The translations under genes were made by a program, and so were the position numbers. The notes beneath the pieces are model-generated. The model did not search any database. It saw only the letters and a list, made by a program, of their open reading frames with translations, and was not told the origin of the DNA. Below are positions 18,089 to 27,190 of a DNA stretch of 64,000 nucleotides, one piece after another (position 1 is the stretch's first letter; each line of letters begins with the position of its first letter). This DNA comes from an uncultured Verrucomicrobiaceae bacterium (GTDB lineage Bacteria > Pseudomonadota > Gammaproteobacteria > Pseudomonadales > CAMLJR01): positions 15,126 to 79,125 of the forward strand of contig CAZWXW010000003.1 of assembly GCA_964638025.1 (NCBI GenBank), in the 5' to 3' direction.

Positions 18089-20470
18089 ATGAAGAGAAAT
18101 ACATTGTGGCTGGCCGTTGCAGCCACGCTGGCGGGAACCTCGATGTCGGCATTGTCCCAGGAAGGGGCGCGAGAACAGGCGCGCGCGCCGGTCAATGAGG
18201 AGCACCGCGCACTGGAAACCGTGGTTGTCACCGCGCAGCGTCGGGCCGAGGCCGCGAAGGATGTTCCGCTGGCGCTTTCCGTTATCGGTGGCGATGACAT
18301 CCTGCGATCCGATCAGATCAAGACCACGAACGACATCGTCAGGTTTGTCCCCAACGCGCATGCCGAGCAGCCGCGCGGACCCTCGCGGGCGCGCTGGTTC
18401 ATTCGCGGTATCGGCACCAACAACACCGGCAACAACACCATCAACCCGGTGGGCATTTATTACGACGATGTCTACATCGCCAACATCAGCAGCCAGGGTT
18501 TTCCGATCTTCGATCTCGACAACGTGGTGGTGCTGAACGGACCACAGGGAACGCTGTGGGGCAAGAACTCCAACGGCGGTGCCATCAACTACGTATCGAA
18601 GGCGCCCAGTTTCGAACACGATGCCTACGCCAAGTTCGGTTACGGCAGCGATGGCGAAAAGCTGCTGCAGGGTGCGGTCGGTGGCGAGATAGTGCCGGAA
18701 CGCGTGGCGGGGCGCTTCTCGTTCTACTACGACGATCTCGATGGCTGGCAGAAGAATATCCACACCGGCGAAGAGCAGGCGGGCGGCACCGAGGAGGCCT
18801 TTCGCGGACAGCTGCTGGTCACGCCGACCGACACGCTGGATATCACCTTCAACGTGCACACCCGCGACTTCAGCGGGCTGACCTTCGGTACGCACTATGT
18901 GCACAGCGATGTCACGCCGCTGACTGGTGGCACCGCAACCCAGCGCGCATTCCTGTCGGTCTATCCCACCGGGTTGCCGGAGACCGGCTACGACGAAACC
19001 AGCGAAGCCAATTCGCTGCCGGAGGAGCTGAAGGCAGAGGGCGCTTTCATCAAGGTCAACTGGGACCTCGGCTTCGCCACGCTGACCTCGATCACCGCCT
19101 ACGAGAACAACGAGCTGTCGACGCGCGGCGGTGCCGCGCCAGTACCGGAAACCAGTCTCTATTACGACAACGGCCGGCCGTTCAGCCTCAGTTACGCCAC
19201 ATCGGAATCGGATCAGTGGAGCGAGGAGATTCGCCTGACCTCGCCGAACGACGGGAAGTTCAAGTGGCTTACCGGTCTCTATGCCTTCTCCGGCGATCTG
19301 GATAACCGCAACGTCAGCGCCAACTATATTCGCGGTGCCAGTACCACCACCGCGAATGCGTGGGGCACCGGCCCGCAGTACACCGATACCATCTATTTCC
19401 AGGAGACCGAAAGCTACGCGGTGTTCGGCAACGCCGGGTATGAGTTCACCGACAGGTTCAAGCTCAGTGCCGGCGTGCGCTGGTCGCATGAAAAGATATC
19501 GATCGACTGGGACTACTCGGCGGCCAACACCGCGGGTACGGCCGCCAGCTTCATCGCCAACCTGCCGCAGACCGAGTATTGGCTCTACACATCGCGCAAC
19601 GTGAATTACCTCGACAGTGACTCGCAGACCTCGACGTCGGTGACCTGGGATATCACGCCCGAATATCGCTTCAGCGATGCGCTTACCGGTTATGCACGGA
19701 TCGCCCACGGTGTACTGCCGGGCGGGTTCACCAGCACCGGCTACGTCGTCGTTCCCGGCGAGAATTTCCGGGCGAACCAGATCTACAAGCTCGATCCGGA
19801 AGAGATCGATGCCTACGAACTGGGTGCCAAGACCAACTGGCTGGATCAGCGCCTGACCGTCGATCTCGCCGGCTTCTACTACGACTACAAGAATCTCGTC
19901 GTCAACGTGCCGACGGTGCTCGACCCCACCAACCCGACCGTGGCGACGGTGCTGTTCCGCAACGCCGGCGCGGCAGAGATCTATGGTTTCGAGCTGCGCG
20001 CCAATGCACTGCTGTTCGACAGCGTGAGAGTGGGCGGTAACATCGGTCTGCTGCACACCGAGTACACCGAAGACACCGGCACCACGGCGACGATTCTCGG
20101 CGCGCAGGCACCGCGTTCGCCGAAGGCGACGGCCAGCTTCTTCGCCGAGTACCGGCAGGAACTGCCGTGGGGCGGCAGCCTGATCTACGGCGTCGATGGC
20201 AACTGGCGCGACAAGTATTACTACTACCCGACGGTGTCATCGCAGAAAACCAATCCCGATCCGCTGCTGTCGCAGGATGCCTTCGCGCTGTTCAATGCCA
20301 GCCTGGGCTGGAGCGTGGACGACAGCGAGAACCTGACATTCCAGTTCTCGGTGCAGAACCTGACGGACGAGGAGTACACCACGCACGGCCTGCCGATCAG
20401 CAACGGTTCCGGGCAGCGCAATTCGGGGCGCCCGCGCAGCTATCTGCTGTCGGTGACGACGCGGTTCTGA
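18089..20470 (+). CDS. TonB-dependent receptor, TBDR1 (paralog of 32395 and 51467 copies)
   Basis: In ORF 18011-20470; ATG 18089 after GGGAGA; signal peptide MKRNTLWLAVAATLAGTSMSALS; plug motifs ETVVVTAQRR, RWFIRGIGT, GPQGTLWGKNSNGGAINY; C-terminal ...SVTTRF. Confidence 0.9.
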   Translation: MKRNTLWLAVAATLAGTSMSALSQEGAREQARAPVNEEHRALETVVVTAQRRAEAAKDVPLALSVIGGDDILRSDQIKTTNDIVRFVPNAHAEQPRGPSRARWFIRGIGTNNTGNNTINPVGIYYDDVYIANISSQGFPIFDLDNVVVLNGPQGTLWGKNSNGGAINYVSKAPSFEHDAYAKFGYGSDGEKLLQGAVGGEIVPERVAGRFSFYYDDLDGWQKNIHTGEEQAGGTEEAFRGQLLVTPTDTLDITFNVHTRDFSGLTFGTHYVHSDVTPLTGGTATQRAFLSVYPTGLPETGYDETSEANSLPEELKAEGAFIKVNWDLGFATLTSITAYENNELSTRGGAAPVPETSLYYDNGRPFSLSYATSESDQWSEEIRLTSPNDGKFKWLTGLYAFSGDLDNRNVSANYIRGASTTTANAWGTGPQYTDTIYFQETESYAVFGNAGYEFTDRFKLSAGVRWSHEKISIDWDYSAANTAGTAASFIANLPQTEYWLYTSRNVNYLDSDSQTSTSVTWDITPEYRFSDALTGYARIAHGVLPGGFTSTGYVVVPGENFRANQIYKLDPEEIDAYELGAKTNWLDQRLTVDLAGFYYDYKNLVVNVPTVLDPTNPTVATVLFRNAGAAEIYGFELRANALLFDSVRVGGNIGLLHTEYTEDTGTTATILGAQAPRSPKATASFFAEYRQELPWGGSLIYGVDGNWRDKYYYYPTVSSQKTNPDPLLSQDAFALFNASLGWSVDDSENLTFQFSVQNLTDEEYTTHGLPISNGSGQRNSGRPRSYLLSVTTRF

Positions 20471-20678
20471 TTGGCCGTTGCCCGTGGATAAATGAAGCCT
20501 GGATAAACGAAACGCCGGCAGTTTGAGGGCATCTGATCCGCGCGGAGAAAGTTTGTAAGCGCATTAGATGTTTGTGTGCAGACAGAGTGGTGTTTATTTC
20601 TGCGCAGCTTTCGATGCCGGCTTTCATGAAATGGATTTCGAATACTGTTTTTAAAGGAATTTTATTGGGAAGCAGGAG

Positions 20679-20694
20679 TGGCATATTTTCTGCC
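20679..20694 (+). promoter_or_regulatory. Candidate sigma-54 promoter upstream of tonB-exbB-exbD
   Basis: TGGCATATTTTCTGCC; correct spacing; 120 nt upstream of ATG 20814; AT-rich tract just upstream. Confidence 0.5.
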
Positions 20695-20813
20695 TCGTCA
20701 GAAATGTATTGACAGTATTGTTGCCTTTGTTCGTGGCGCTGAGCGGTCTCTTTGAAATGTTGGCACCGTCCGCTTTGTCAGCCGCCTTCGACTAAATCGG
20801 AAATGGAGACACC

Positions 20814-21611
20814 ATGAGTGCGCTTGCCTATTCCACATCGTCCCGCCGGCACGCCAGGCACCATCTCACCGAGGCGCTCAAGTCCGGCCCTGATGCATGG
20901 GGCAGTCCGGTCGAGCGAAGAAGCGCCGAGATTGTTGTGCTGGTTCCGCGTCAGCATGTTCCGCCGGTGGCACCGGTGCGGAAGCGCTCCGGTGGCATGG
21001 CGGCACTGACACTGCTTGGTGTCGCTGCCATCCATGTTGCGATTGCGTTGGCGTTTTCCAGTCAGCCCCAGCCAAAGATCACGCCGGCCGAGGTTCCCCC
21101 GATGACGGTGGAGTTTTATCGTCCGCCCGTCGAGCAGCCGCCGGAACCGGAGCAACCGAAGGAGCCGCCGCCACCCAAGCCGCAGCCGGTGGTCAAGAAA
21201 CCGAAGCCGGTGGAGAGAGCGAAGCCGGTTGAAGTCAAGTCAGAGCCACTTCCTGTTCAGCCGGAAGTGACTGCCGCACCGCCGTTGCCGGCACCGGCGC
21301 CCGAACCGTCGCCGCCCAGGCCCGTACTTACCCAGGCGACGGCGGATGCCGGCTATCTGCGCAATCCGGCGCCCAGCTACCCGCGATTCGCGCAGGATCA
21401 GGGCTGGGAGGGCGGTGTGATCCTGAACGTTCTCGTGCTGCCCAATGGCAAGCCGAAGGAGATCACCATCCTGAAGTCCAGCGGCCGCAAGCTTCTCGAC
21501 GATGCCGCCGTCAAGGCCGTGCGCCGTTGGTCCTTTGTTCCGGCGAAGCTCGACGACGTTCCGGTCGAATCGTGGGCCGAGGTGCCGATCGATTTCAAAC
21601 TGACCCAGTAG
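20814..21611 (+). CDS. tonB: TonB energy transducer
   Basis: GGAG RBS; one TM (LTLLGVAAIHVAIALAF); Pro-rich spacer PPEPEQPKEPPPPKPQPVVKKPKP; C-terminal TonB domain YPRFAQDQGWEGGVILNVLV...AVRRWSFVPA. Confidence 0.85.
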   Translation: MSALAYSTSSRRHARHHLTEALKSGPDAWGSPVERRSAEIVVLVPRQHVPPVAPVRKRSGGMAALTLLGVAAIHVAIALAFSSQPQPKITPAEVPPMTVEFYRPPVEQPPEPEQPKEPPPPKPQPVVKKPKPVERAKPVEVKSEPLPVQPEVTAAPPLPAPAPEPSPPRPVLTQATADAGYLRNPAPSYPRFAQDQGWEGGVILNVLVLPNGKPKEITILKSSGRKLLDDAAVKAVRRWSFVPAKLDDVPVESWAEVPIDFKLTQ

Positions 21612-21675
21612 GGCGTGTGGAATCAGCCCGAAGATTTTCATTGGCTTCGGCCATCGCAATAGCCGGTTCCTTAAA

Positions 21676-22425
21676 GTGAGTATTGAAATGAAAAGCCTGT
21701 ATCAACTTGCCGTCGATCTGACCCTTTGGCTGCTGGTTCTTTTTTCCATCGTCACCTGGGCGCTGATCTTTATCAAAGGTGCCCAGAATTTTCTGGTCAC
21801 CCGTCGGAATCGCCGTTTCACCAAGGCCTTCTGGGGAGCCAGTGACCTGAACGCCGCCGCTGCGCTGAATAGTCACGAGGGCTCCGCCGCGCGCGTAGCC
21901 GAGACCGGCTTTCGCACGCTGCGCAACGCGGATGCCAACTCCGCACACGATCTGGAACACAGCTGGGATCGTCAGGATCTGCTCGAACGCCATCTGCGCC
22001 AGCGCATCCAGAAGGAACGACGCGCGCTCGAAACCGGTCTGGCGGTGCTGGCCTCGATAGGCACCACGGCACCGTTCGTTGGTCTCTTCGGCACGGTGTT
22101 CGGCATCATCGAGGCGCTGACAGCCATCACCAGCAGTTCGTCCGCCAGTATCGAAGTCGTGGCCGGCCCGATAGGCCATGCGCTGATTGCCACCGGCTTC
22201 GGTATCGCTGTCGCCATTCCCTCGGTGCTTGCGTACAACTATTTCCTGCGCCGCCTCAAGCTGATTTCCGCGGACCTCGACGATTTCGCCACGGATTTCA
22301 TCACGCTGGTGCAGAAGGCTGGATTCCGCTTGAAGCCGGCCGCGAGCGCGACCCGGCTGCCCAATGCGCGCGGTGGTGACGCCACCGCGACCAGCAACGA
22401 GTCACTGTCGGAGGTATTTGTGTAA
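21676..22425 (+). CDS. exbB: ExbB/TolQ/MotA-family proton channel
   Basis: GTG 21676 or ATG 21688; 3 TM; conserved LASIGTTAPFVGLFGTVFGI and GHALIATGFGIAVAIPSVLAYNYF. Confidence 0.85.
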   Translation: MSIEMKSLYQLAVDLTLWLLVLFSIVTWALIFIKGAQNFLVTRRNRRFTKAFWGASDLNAAAALNSHEGSAARVAETGFRTLRNADANSAHDLEHSWDRQDLLERHLRQRIQKERRALETGLAVLASIGTTAPFVGLFGTVFGIIEALTAITSSSSASIEVVAGPIGHALIATGFGIAVAIPSVLAYNYFLRRLKLISADLDDFATDFITLVQKAGFRLKPAASATRLPNARGGDATATSNESLSEVFV

Positions 22426-22847
22426 TGGCTATCTCCAGTGCCAGTGGCGGTGAAAACGATGAAGTGCTGAGCGAGATAAACATCACGCCGATGGTCGATG
22501 TGATGTTGGTACTGCTCGTGGTATTCATCATCACCGCCCCGCTGATGACAAACTCGATCACCGTTAATTTGCCAAAGACAGACGCGACGCCGCAGTTGCA
22601 GAAGCCGGAAGAGCCGCTGGTGGTGAGTATCGACACGGCTGGGCTTGTCTACCTCGGAAAGGAAGAGGTTCCGATCGATTTCGTCGAACAGGAACTGATT
22701 GCCCGCAAGGCAAGTAATCCCGACATCAGATTGAGTCTGAATGCCGACGAGACGGTCTCCTATGGCGTGGTCGCCAAAGTGATGGTGATCATCGAGCGGG
22801 CCGGCATCGACAAGCTGTCGGTCGTCACACAGCAGGACGGCGCTTAG
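22425..22847 (+). CDS. exbD: ExbD/TolR-family protein
   Basis: ATG overlaps exbB stop (TAATG); INITPMVDVMLVLLVVFIITAP motif. Confidence 0.85.
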   Translation: MAISSASGGENDEVLSEINITPMVDVMLVLLVVFIITAPLMTNSITVNLPKTDATPQLQKPEEPLVVSIDTAGLVYLGKEEVPIDFVEQELIARKASNPDIRLSLNADETVSYGVVAKVMVIIERAGIDKLSVVTQQDGA

Positions 22848-22912
22848 GAAGTCTCTGATGAGTCCCCTCTCCTTCAGGGAGAGGGTTAGGGAGAGGGGGG
22901 GCAGAGGTTTCT
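22847..22912. repeat. REP/MITE-like element, copy B (single hairpin), fills the exbD / R2 convergent gap
   Basis: GGAAGTCTCTGATGAGTCCCCTCTCCTTCAGGGAGAGGGTTAGGGAGAGGG...GCAGAGGTTTC. Confidence 0.8.
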
Positions 22913-24112
22913 TTACAGGAAAGAAGGCTTGGCGAACTCTTCTGCTGCTTCCAGTTGCACGGTGGGAACGCTGTCGTCGAGTGCGCCGCCGTCATCGACC
23001 GATTCGCGCAGCAGGCCATGGCGCTTCAGTAGAGTACGCAATACGTTGCGTGAAATGCCGAGCAGCGCGGCGGTGTGAACCTGGTTGTGGTGCTTGTAGC
23101 GAAATGCTTCGTTGACGATCAGGTTTTCGAACTGATCGAAAATGGGAGATCTGCCGCCGCCATCTTCCGTGATCTGAAACAGCTGGCGCAGCTGCCGGGC
23201 AAGTACGTCCCACGGCGTATCGTCATGATCCTGCCCGACAGGCGGCCGACTTGCTGCGCTGTTCTGCCAGGAGCTTCTGCTCAGCGGACTTCTGCCACCG
23301 GCTATCTTGATGTGTTGAGGCTCTATTGCCTCTTTCTCGGATACCAGCAGCGCGAAATGAATTACATTTTCCAGCTCCCGGATATTGCCCGGCCAGCTGT
23401 AATGTCTCATCAATTCTCTCGTGTCGAATGAAATTTCTGGCTTTCTGCAACCCATTCGTTCGGTGTAGACGCGCAGGAAATATTCCGCCAGTGGCAGGAT
23501 ATCGCCCGGTCTTTCGCGAAGCGGTGGCAGTTCGACGTGCGCAATGTTTATGCGGTAAAGCAGGTCGCGGCGGAAGTGGCCTGCGGCGACCGCGTAATCG
23601 AGATCGACATTGGTGGCGGCAATCAGGCGGATGTCCACCGGGATGCTCTTGCGCGAACCGATGCGCACGACTTCGTGTTCCTGCAGCACGCGCAACAGCT
23701 TGACTTGCAGTGAGAGCGGCAGGTCGCCGATCTCGTCGAGAAACAGCGTGCCACCGTTGGCGGCCTCGAACCAGCCCTCGCGCCGGCCCGTTGCACCAGT
23801 GAAAGAACCGGCCTCGTGACCGAACAGTTCGCTTTCGGCCAGCTGGTCGCTGATGGCACCGCAGTTGACCGCGAGAAAGGGGCCTTTGCGTCCACTCAGG
23901 CGATGTATGTGGCGGGCGACCACCTCCTTGCCGGTGCCGGTTTCGCCGCCGATCAGCACCGGCGCCTCGCTCGGCGCGATGCGCTCGATGTAGTCGAGCA
24001 GCAGGGCCGACACCGGGTCGGAAAAGACCAGCGCCTTCGCCCGGATCGACAGCGGCTGCGCATTGCTTCCCACCAGTGACAGCACGACTGGGTCGGATGT
24101 TTCTTCGCTCAC
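22913..24112 (-). CDS. Sigma-54-dependent transcriptional activator lacking a receiver/sensor domain (SfnR-like bEBP), R2
   Basis: 399 aa; [34 protein letters not shown]; C-terminal [23 protein letters not shown]; short N-terminus. Confidence 0.85.
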   Translation of the reverse strand: MSEETSDPVVLSLVGSNAQPLSIRAKALVFSDPVSALLLDYIERIAPSEAPVLIGGETGTGKEVVARHIHRLSGRKGPFLAVNCGAISDQLAESELFGHEAGSFTGATGRREGWFEAANGGTLFLDEIGDLPLSLQVKLLRVLQEHEVVRIGSRKSIPVDIRLIAATNVDLDYAVAAGHFRRDLLYRINIAHVELPPLRERPGDILPLAEYFLRVYTERMGCRKPEISFDTRELMRHYSWPGNIRELENVIHFALLVSEKEAIEPQHIKIAGGRSPLSRSSWQNSAASRPPVGQDHDDTPWDVLARQLRQLFQITEDGGGRSPIFDQFENLIVNEAFRYKHHNQVHTAALLGISRNVLRTLLKRHGLLRESVDDGGALDDSVPTVQLEAAEEFAKPSFL

Positions 24113-24287
24113 GGAATTTACTCGAAGTGATCAGTAAAAAAGATGGAGCAGAGAACTATATTCCGGCGATTCTATTAATGAGGGTTGGGATTGCTAACGA
24201 ATTTATGCGTATAAGCTTATCGATTCATTCTGCGAATTTTCCGGGATATTTTGTCGAGTCCGGAGAGCTGTTCGATATCCAGCACTG

Positions 24288-24305
24288 CTGTTGGATTTTC
24301 AACAG
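24288..24305. promoter_or_regulatory. CTGTTG-N6-CAACAG inverted repeat; candidate activator (UAS) site
   Basis: CTGTTGGATTTTCAACAG in the R2 - P2 divergent region; a degenerate copy CTGTTCGATATCCAGCAC lies 21 bp upstream (24267-24284). Confidence 0.4.
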
Positions 24306-24606
24306 AGATCGTCAGAAAAGTGCGATATTTTCCGATTATTCCGTCGTGGTATCCCGATGCTTTGACGGCAATGTATAGTTGCGACCGGCACGCGGACTGT
24401 GAGCTTCCGTCGTTGGCAATGGGCGTCGATTTTTCCGAATTTTCTGAATATTTGGATGAAGACGAGCGCGTGCTTGATTCGGCGCATGGTTGATACTGTC
24501 AACAAATCCGGAATATATAGCGGCGGCGTGTTGCCCCTTTGCGTTGTCAGCCCCTTTGTGTCGTCAGCAGGTATAAGAATTCGTTTCGCCACAGGATTAT
24601 CCGTTC

Positions 24607-25740
24607 ATGCCAACATCCAGAAAGCCCGGAAGACTGCACGAAGTTTTTTACGCCCGAGCCCCGTTCCCGACGCCGGTGGCAATCGCCGTCCAGCTGGGTT
24701 GGATCCAGGATGCGATGCGACATCTTTCAGGTATCGAAGTCAGGTCGTTGAACGAAACGACGAACCCGGCGGATCTGCCGCACCACTTCGAGATCGATCA
24801 CCTCAACGCTTTTCGCCAGGGTGGTAGCATTCCGGTCATCTGGGCGCGCGCCAATCAGCAGGACACCCGTGTCATCGGGCTGACCTGGACCGACGAATAC
24901 CAGGCGCTGGTCGCGCTGCCGCAGTCGCGGATTCATAACGTCAAGGATCTGCGCGGCCGGCGCATCGGCGTGCCGAAGCACAGCATAGTCATCGACCACG
25001 CCCGCGCGTCGGCGCTGCGCGGCTTCAGCGTGCTGCTGGAGAGTGAGGGGATGAGTCTCGCGGATGTGGAGATCGTCGATCTGGAAGATCACGAGATTCC
25101 AACCATGGTGCTCGACGGGCAGGTGATCTCGATGGGAACCGGTCGTCGCGGCCGCCACAGCTACAGCAGCGAGGTTCACGCGATGACCAGCGGCCTGGTC
25201 GACGCGGTCTACGTCAAGGACGTGCGCGGCGCCCAGGCCACCCATCTGATGGGCGCGCAGGTATTCGCCGACATCAACGGCCATCCCGATCCCTATATCC
25301 GCATCAACAACGGCACGCCGCGTCCGCTGACGGTGAACGCGTGGTTGCTGGACAACTATCCGCATCTCGTCGACTGTCTCGTCGAGCAGGTTCACAACGC
25401 GGGTGAGTGGGCCCGCTCCCGTCCCGAGGAGACGCTGACCGTGCTGAGCCGCGAGATCGGTTGGTCGGAGCACTGGGTCAACTACACCTATGGCGACAAC
25501 GTTCACCGCAACCTCGGGCTCGACCTCAACCCGGCCAATGTCGAGCGCTTCACGCGGATGAAGGATTTCCTGCTGCAGCACAATTTCATTCCGCATGATT
25601 TCGATATCGATGCGTGGATCGATCCGGCCCCGCTGGAGCGCTTTCTGCGAAGTCGCAGGGGTGGATCTGTCGACGGCAGGGCATCGGCGCGCGAGAACCG
25701 CTGGTCGTGCCCGCCGGTTCCGCTGCGCTCGTTTCACTGA
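24607..25740 (+). CDS. DszB-like SsuA-fold paralog P2; Ala in place of the putative nucleophile Cys; aberrant C-terminal tail
   Basis: No signal peptide; VFYARAPFPTP, PHHFEIDHLNAFRQGG, VIGLTWTDEYQA, LRGRRIGVP; tail after APLERF is about 18 aa longer than in paralogs and overlaps a DszA-type remnant in another frame. Confidence 0.7.
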   Translation: MPTSRKPGRLHEVFYARAPFPTPVAIAVQLGWIQDAMRHLSGIEVRSLNETTNPADLPHHFEIDHLNAFRQGGSIPVIWARANQQDTRVIGLTWTDEYQALVALPQSRIHNVKDLRGRRIGVPKHSIVIDHARASALRGFSVLLESEGMSLADVEIVDLEDHEIPTMVLDGQVISMGTGRRGRHSYSSEVHAMTSGLVDAVYVKDVRGAQATHLMGAQVFADINGHPDPYIRINNGTPRPLTVNAWLLDNYPHLVDCLVEQVHNAGEWARSRPEETLTVLSREIGWSEHWVNYTYGDNVHRNLGLDLNPANVERFTRMKDFLLQHNFIPHDFDIDAWIDPAPLERFLRSRRGGSVDGRASARENRWSCPPVPLRSFH

Positions 25741-25941
25741 CGAACCGTGGTTGGTCGAGCGCGGCGCCGACGGCTTCAGTGTCGTGCCGCCGTACCTGCC
25801 GCAGGGGTTCGAGGATTTCGCCGTGCCGAACCTCGCTGACAAGAAATGCATCATGGTCATCAGTTCCGGCGGCGCGGGAAAATCGACGTCCTCGCGCGCT
25901 GGCTGCGCGCAGCTGTTACCGGATCAACACTCATCACCGCT
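25689..25941 (+). pseudogene. Remnant (last ~85 codons, frameshifted) of a DszA/NtaA-family LLM monooxygenase gene
   Basis: Three frames together read AREPLVVPAGSAALV / TDEPWLVERGADGFSVVPPYLPQGFEDFAVPNL / REN... . This matches the C-terminus of 48354-49700 (ARGHVQVIGSVKTVADTIEQWFVERAADGFNVIPPYLPQGFEDFVRLVVPEL...FRENLGL). EDF-to-REN is 11 nt shorter than in the intact copy (9-nt deletion plus 2-nt frameshift). Confidence 0.6.
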
Positions 25942-26056
25942 TCGCTGCTGAATTGCTAACAGCCGCTTTCGCAACAGCGCGAACTTCCGCACACGATCCA
26001 CCAAAATTTTCTTTTGTTCTCCGTAGTTGCAAATCGTCATCGACGTTGAAACGAGT

Positions 26057-26072
26057 TGGAATGGATCGTGCC
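26057..26072 (+). promoter_or_regulatory. Candidate sigma-54 promoter upstream of yejB-like 1
   Basis: TGGAATGGATCGTGCC; correct spacing; 57 nt upstream of ATG 26129, downstream of the DszA-type remnant. Confidence 0.4.
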
Positions 26073-26128
26073 TGACGTTGCGGATGGAAACCTGTTTCAG
26101 CGTTTCGATGCCGTGACGGAATAGATCG

Positions 26129-27190
26129 ATGTGGTATTACCTGATCAAGCGCCTGCTGGCGATGATCCCGACGCTGCTGGGCGTATTGACGCTGACATTC
26201 GCCGTGACGCAGTTCGTTCCTGGCGGCCCGGTCGACAACCTGCTGGCGGCGGTGGATGCGGAGGGCGCGCGCACCGGCGTCGAAGGTGGACTCAGTGGCG
26301 GCGGCTGGAGTTACAGCGGGCGCAACGGTATCGACGATTCGCAGATCGCGCACCTGACGAGCCTGTATGGGTTCGACCAGCCGCTGTGGGAGCGATACAC
26401 GCAGCTGCTCCGCAGCTTCGTCGTCTTTGATTTCGGTGACAGCTATTTTCGCAACGAGAGCGTCTGGTCGCTGATCCAGTCGAAGCTCGCCGTTTCGGTG
26501 TCGCTCGGCGTCTGGACCTTCATTCTGACCTACCTGATTTCGGTGCCGCTCGGCGTGGCGAAGGCGGTGCGCGCCGGCAGTGGCTTCGATCTCGTCACCA
26601 GCCTGCTGGTGCTGACCGGTTACGCGGTGCCCGGCTTCGTGCTCGGCGTGCTGCTGATCGTGCTGTTCGGCGGCGGCTCGTTCTGGGACATCTTTCCGCT
26701 GCGCGGGCTGACCTCGGACAACTGGCACGAGCTGAACGGCTGGGAAAAGGTTGCCGACTACCTGTGGCACGTGACGCTGCCGGTGACGGCGTCGGTGGTC
26801 AGCAGCTTCGCGCTGAAGACGCTGCTGACCAAGAACACCTTCCTCGACGAGATCCGCCGCCAGTATGTGCTGACCGCGCGCGCCAAGGGGCTGTCCGAGC
26901 GGCGGGTGCTGTGGAAGCACGTGCTGCGCAACGCGCTGCTGCCGCTGGTGACCAGCTTTCCCGGCACCTTCATCGCGGCCTTCTTCACCGGCAGCCTGCT
27001 GATCGAGACGCTGTTCTCGCTCGACGGCCTCGGCCTGCTGTCGTTCGAATCGATCAACAGCCGCGATTACCCGGTGGTGCTCGGCAGTCTCTACCTGTTC
27101 ACGCTGATCGCGCTGATCACCAAGCTGGTCGGCGACATCGCCTATGTGCTGATCGATCCCCGAATCAAGTTCGATGCCGTGGAGGCGTGA
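26129..27190 (+). CDS. PepT-family ABC importer permease, YejB-like (cassette 1)
   Basis: MWYYLIKRLLAMIPTLLGVLTLTF N-terminus typical of DppB/OppB/YejB; paralog of 47204-48268. Confidence 0.85.
   Translation: MWYYLIKRLLAMIPTLLGVLTLTFAVTQFVPGGPVDNLLAAVDAEGARTGVEGGLSGGGWSYSGRNGIDDSQIAHLTSLYGFDQPLWERYTQLLRSFVVFDFGDSYFRNESVWSLIQSKLAVSVSLGVWTFILTYLISVPLGVAKAVRAGSGFDLVTSLLVLTGYAVPGFVLGVLLIVLFGGGSFWDIFPLRGLTSDNWHELNGWEKVADYLWHVTLPVTASVVSSFALKTLLTKNTFLDEIRRQYVLTARAKGLSERRVLWKHVLRNALLPLVTSFPGTFIAAFFTGSLLIETLFSLDGLGLLSFESINSRDYPVVLGSLYLFTLIALITKLVGDIAYVLIDPRIKFDAVEA

Noticed and set aside
20761-20777. TGGCACCGTCCGCTTTG has a perfect -24 hexamer just upstream of tonB
   Set aside because: There is no GC dinucleotide at the required -12 position (off by two). 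The site at 20679-20694 is correctly spaced.
24347-24362. TGGTATCCCGATGCTT upstream of P2 resembles the 7457 site
   Set aside because: GG-to-GC spacing is one nucleotide too short. I found no correctly spaced good site between 24113 and 24606, so the P2 promoter stays unassigned.
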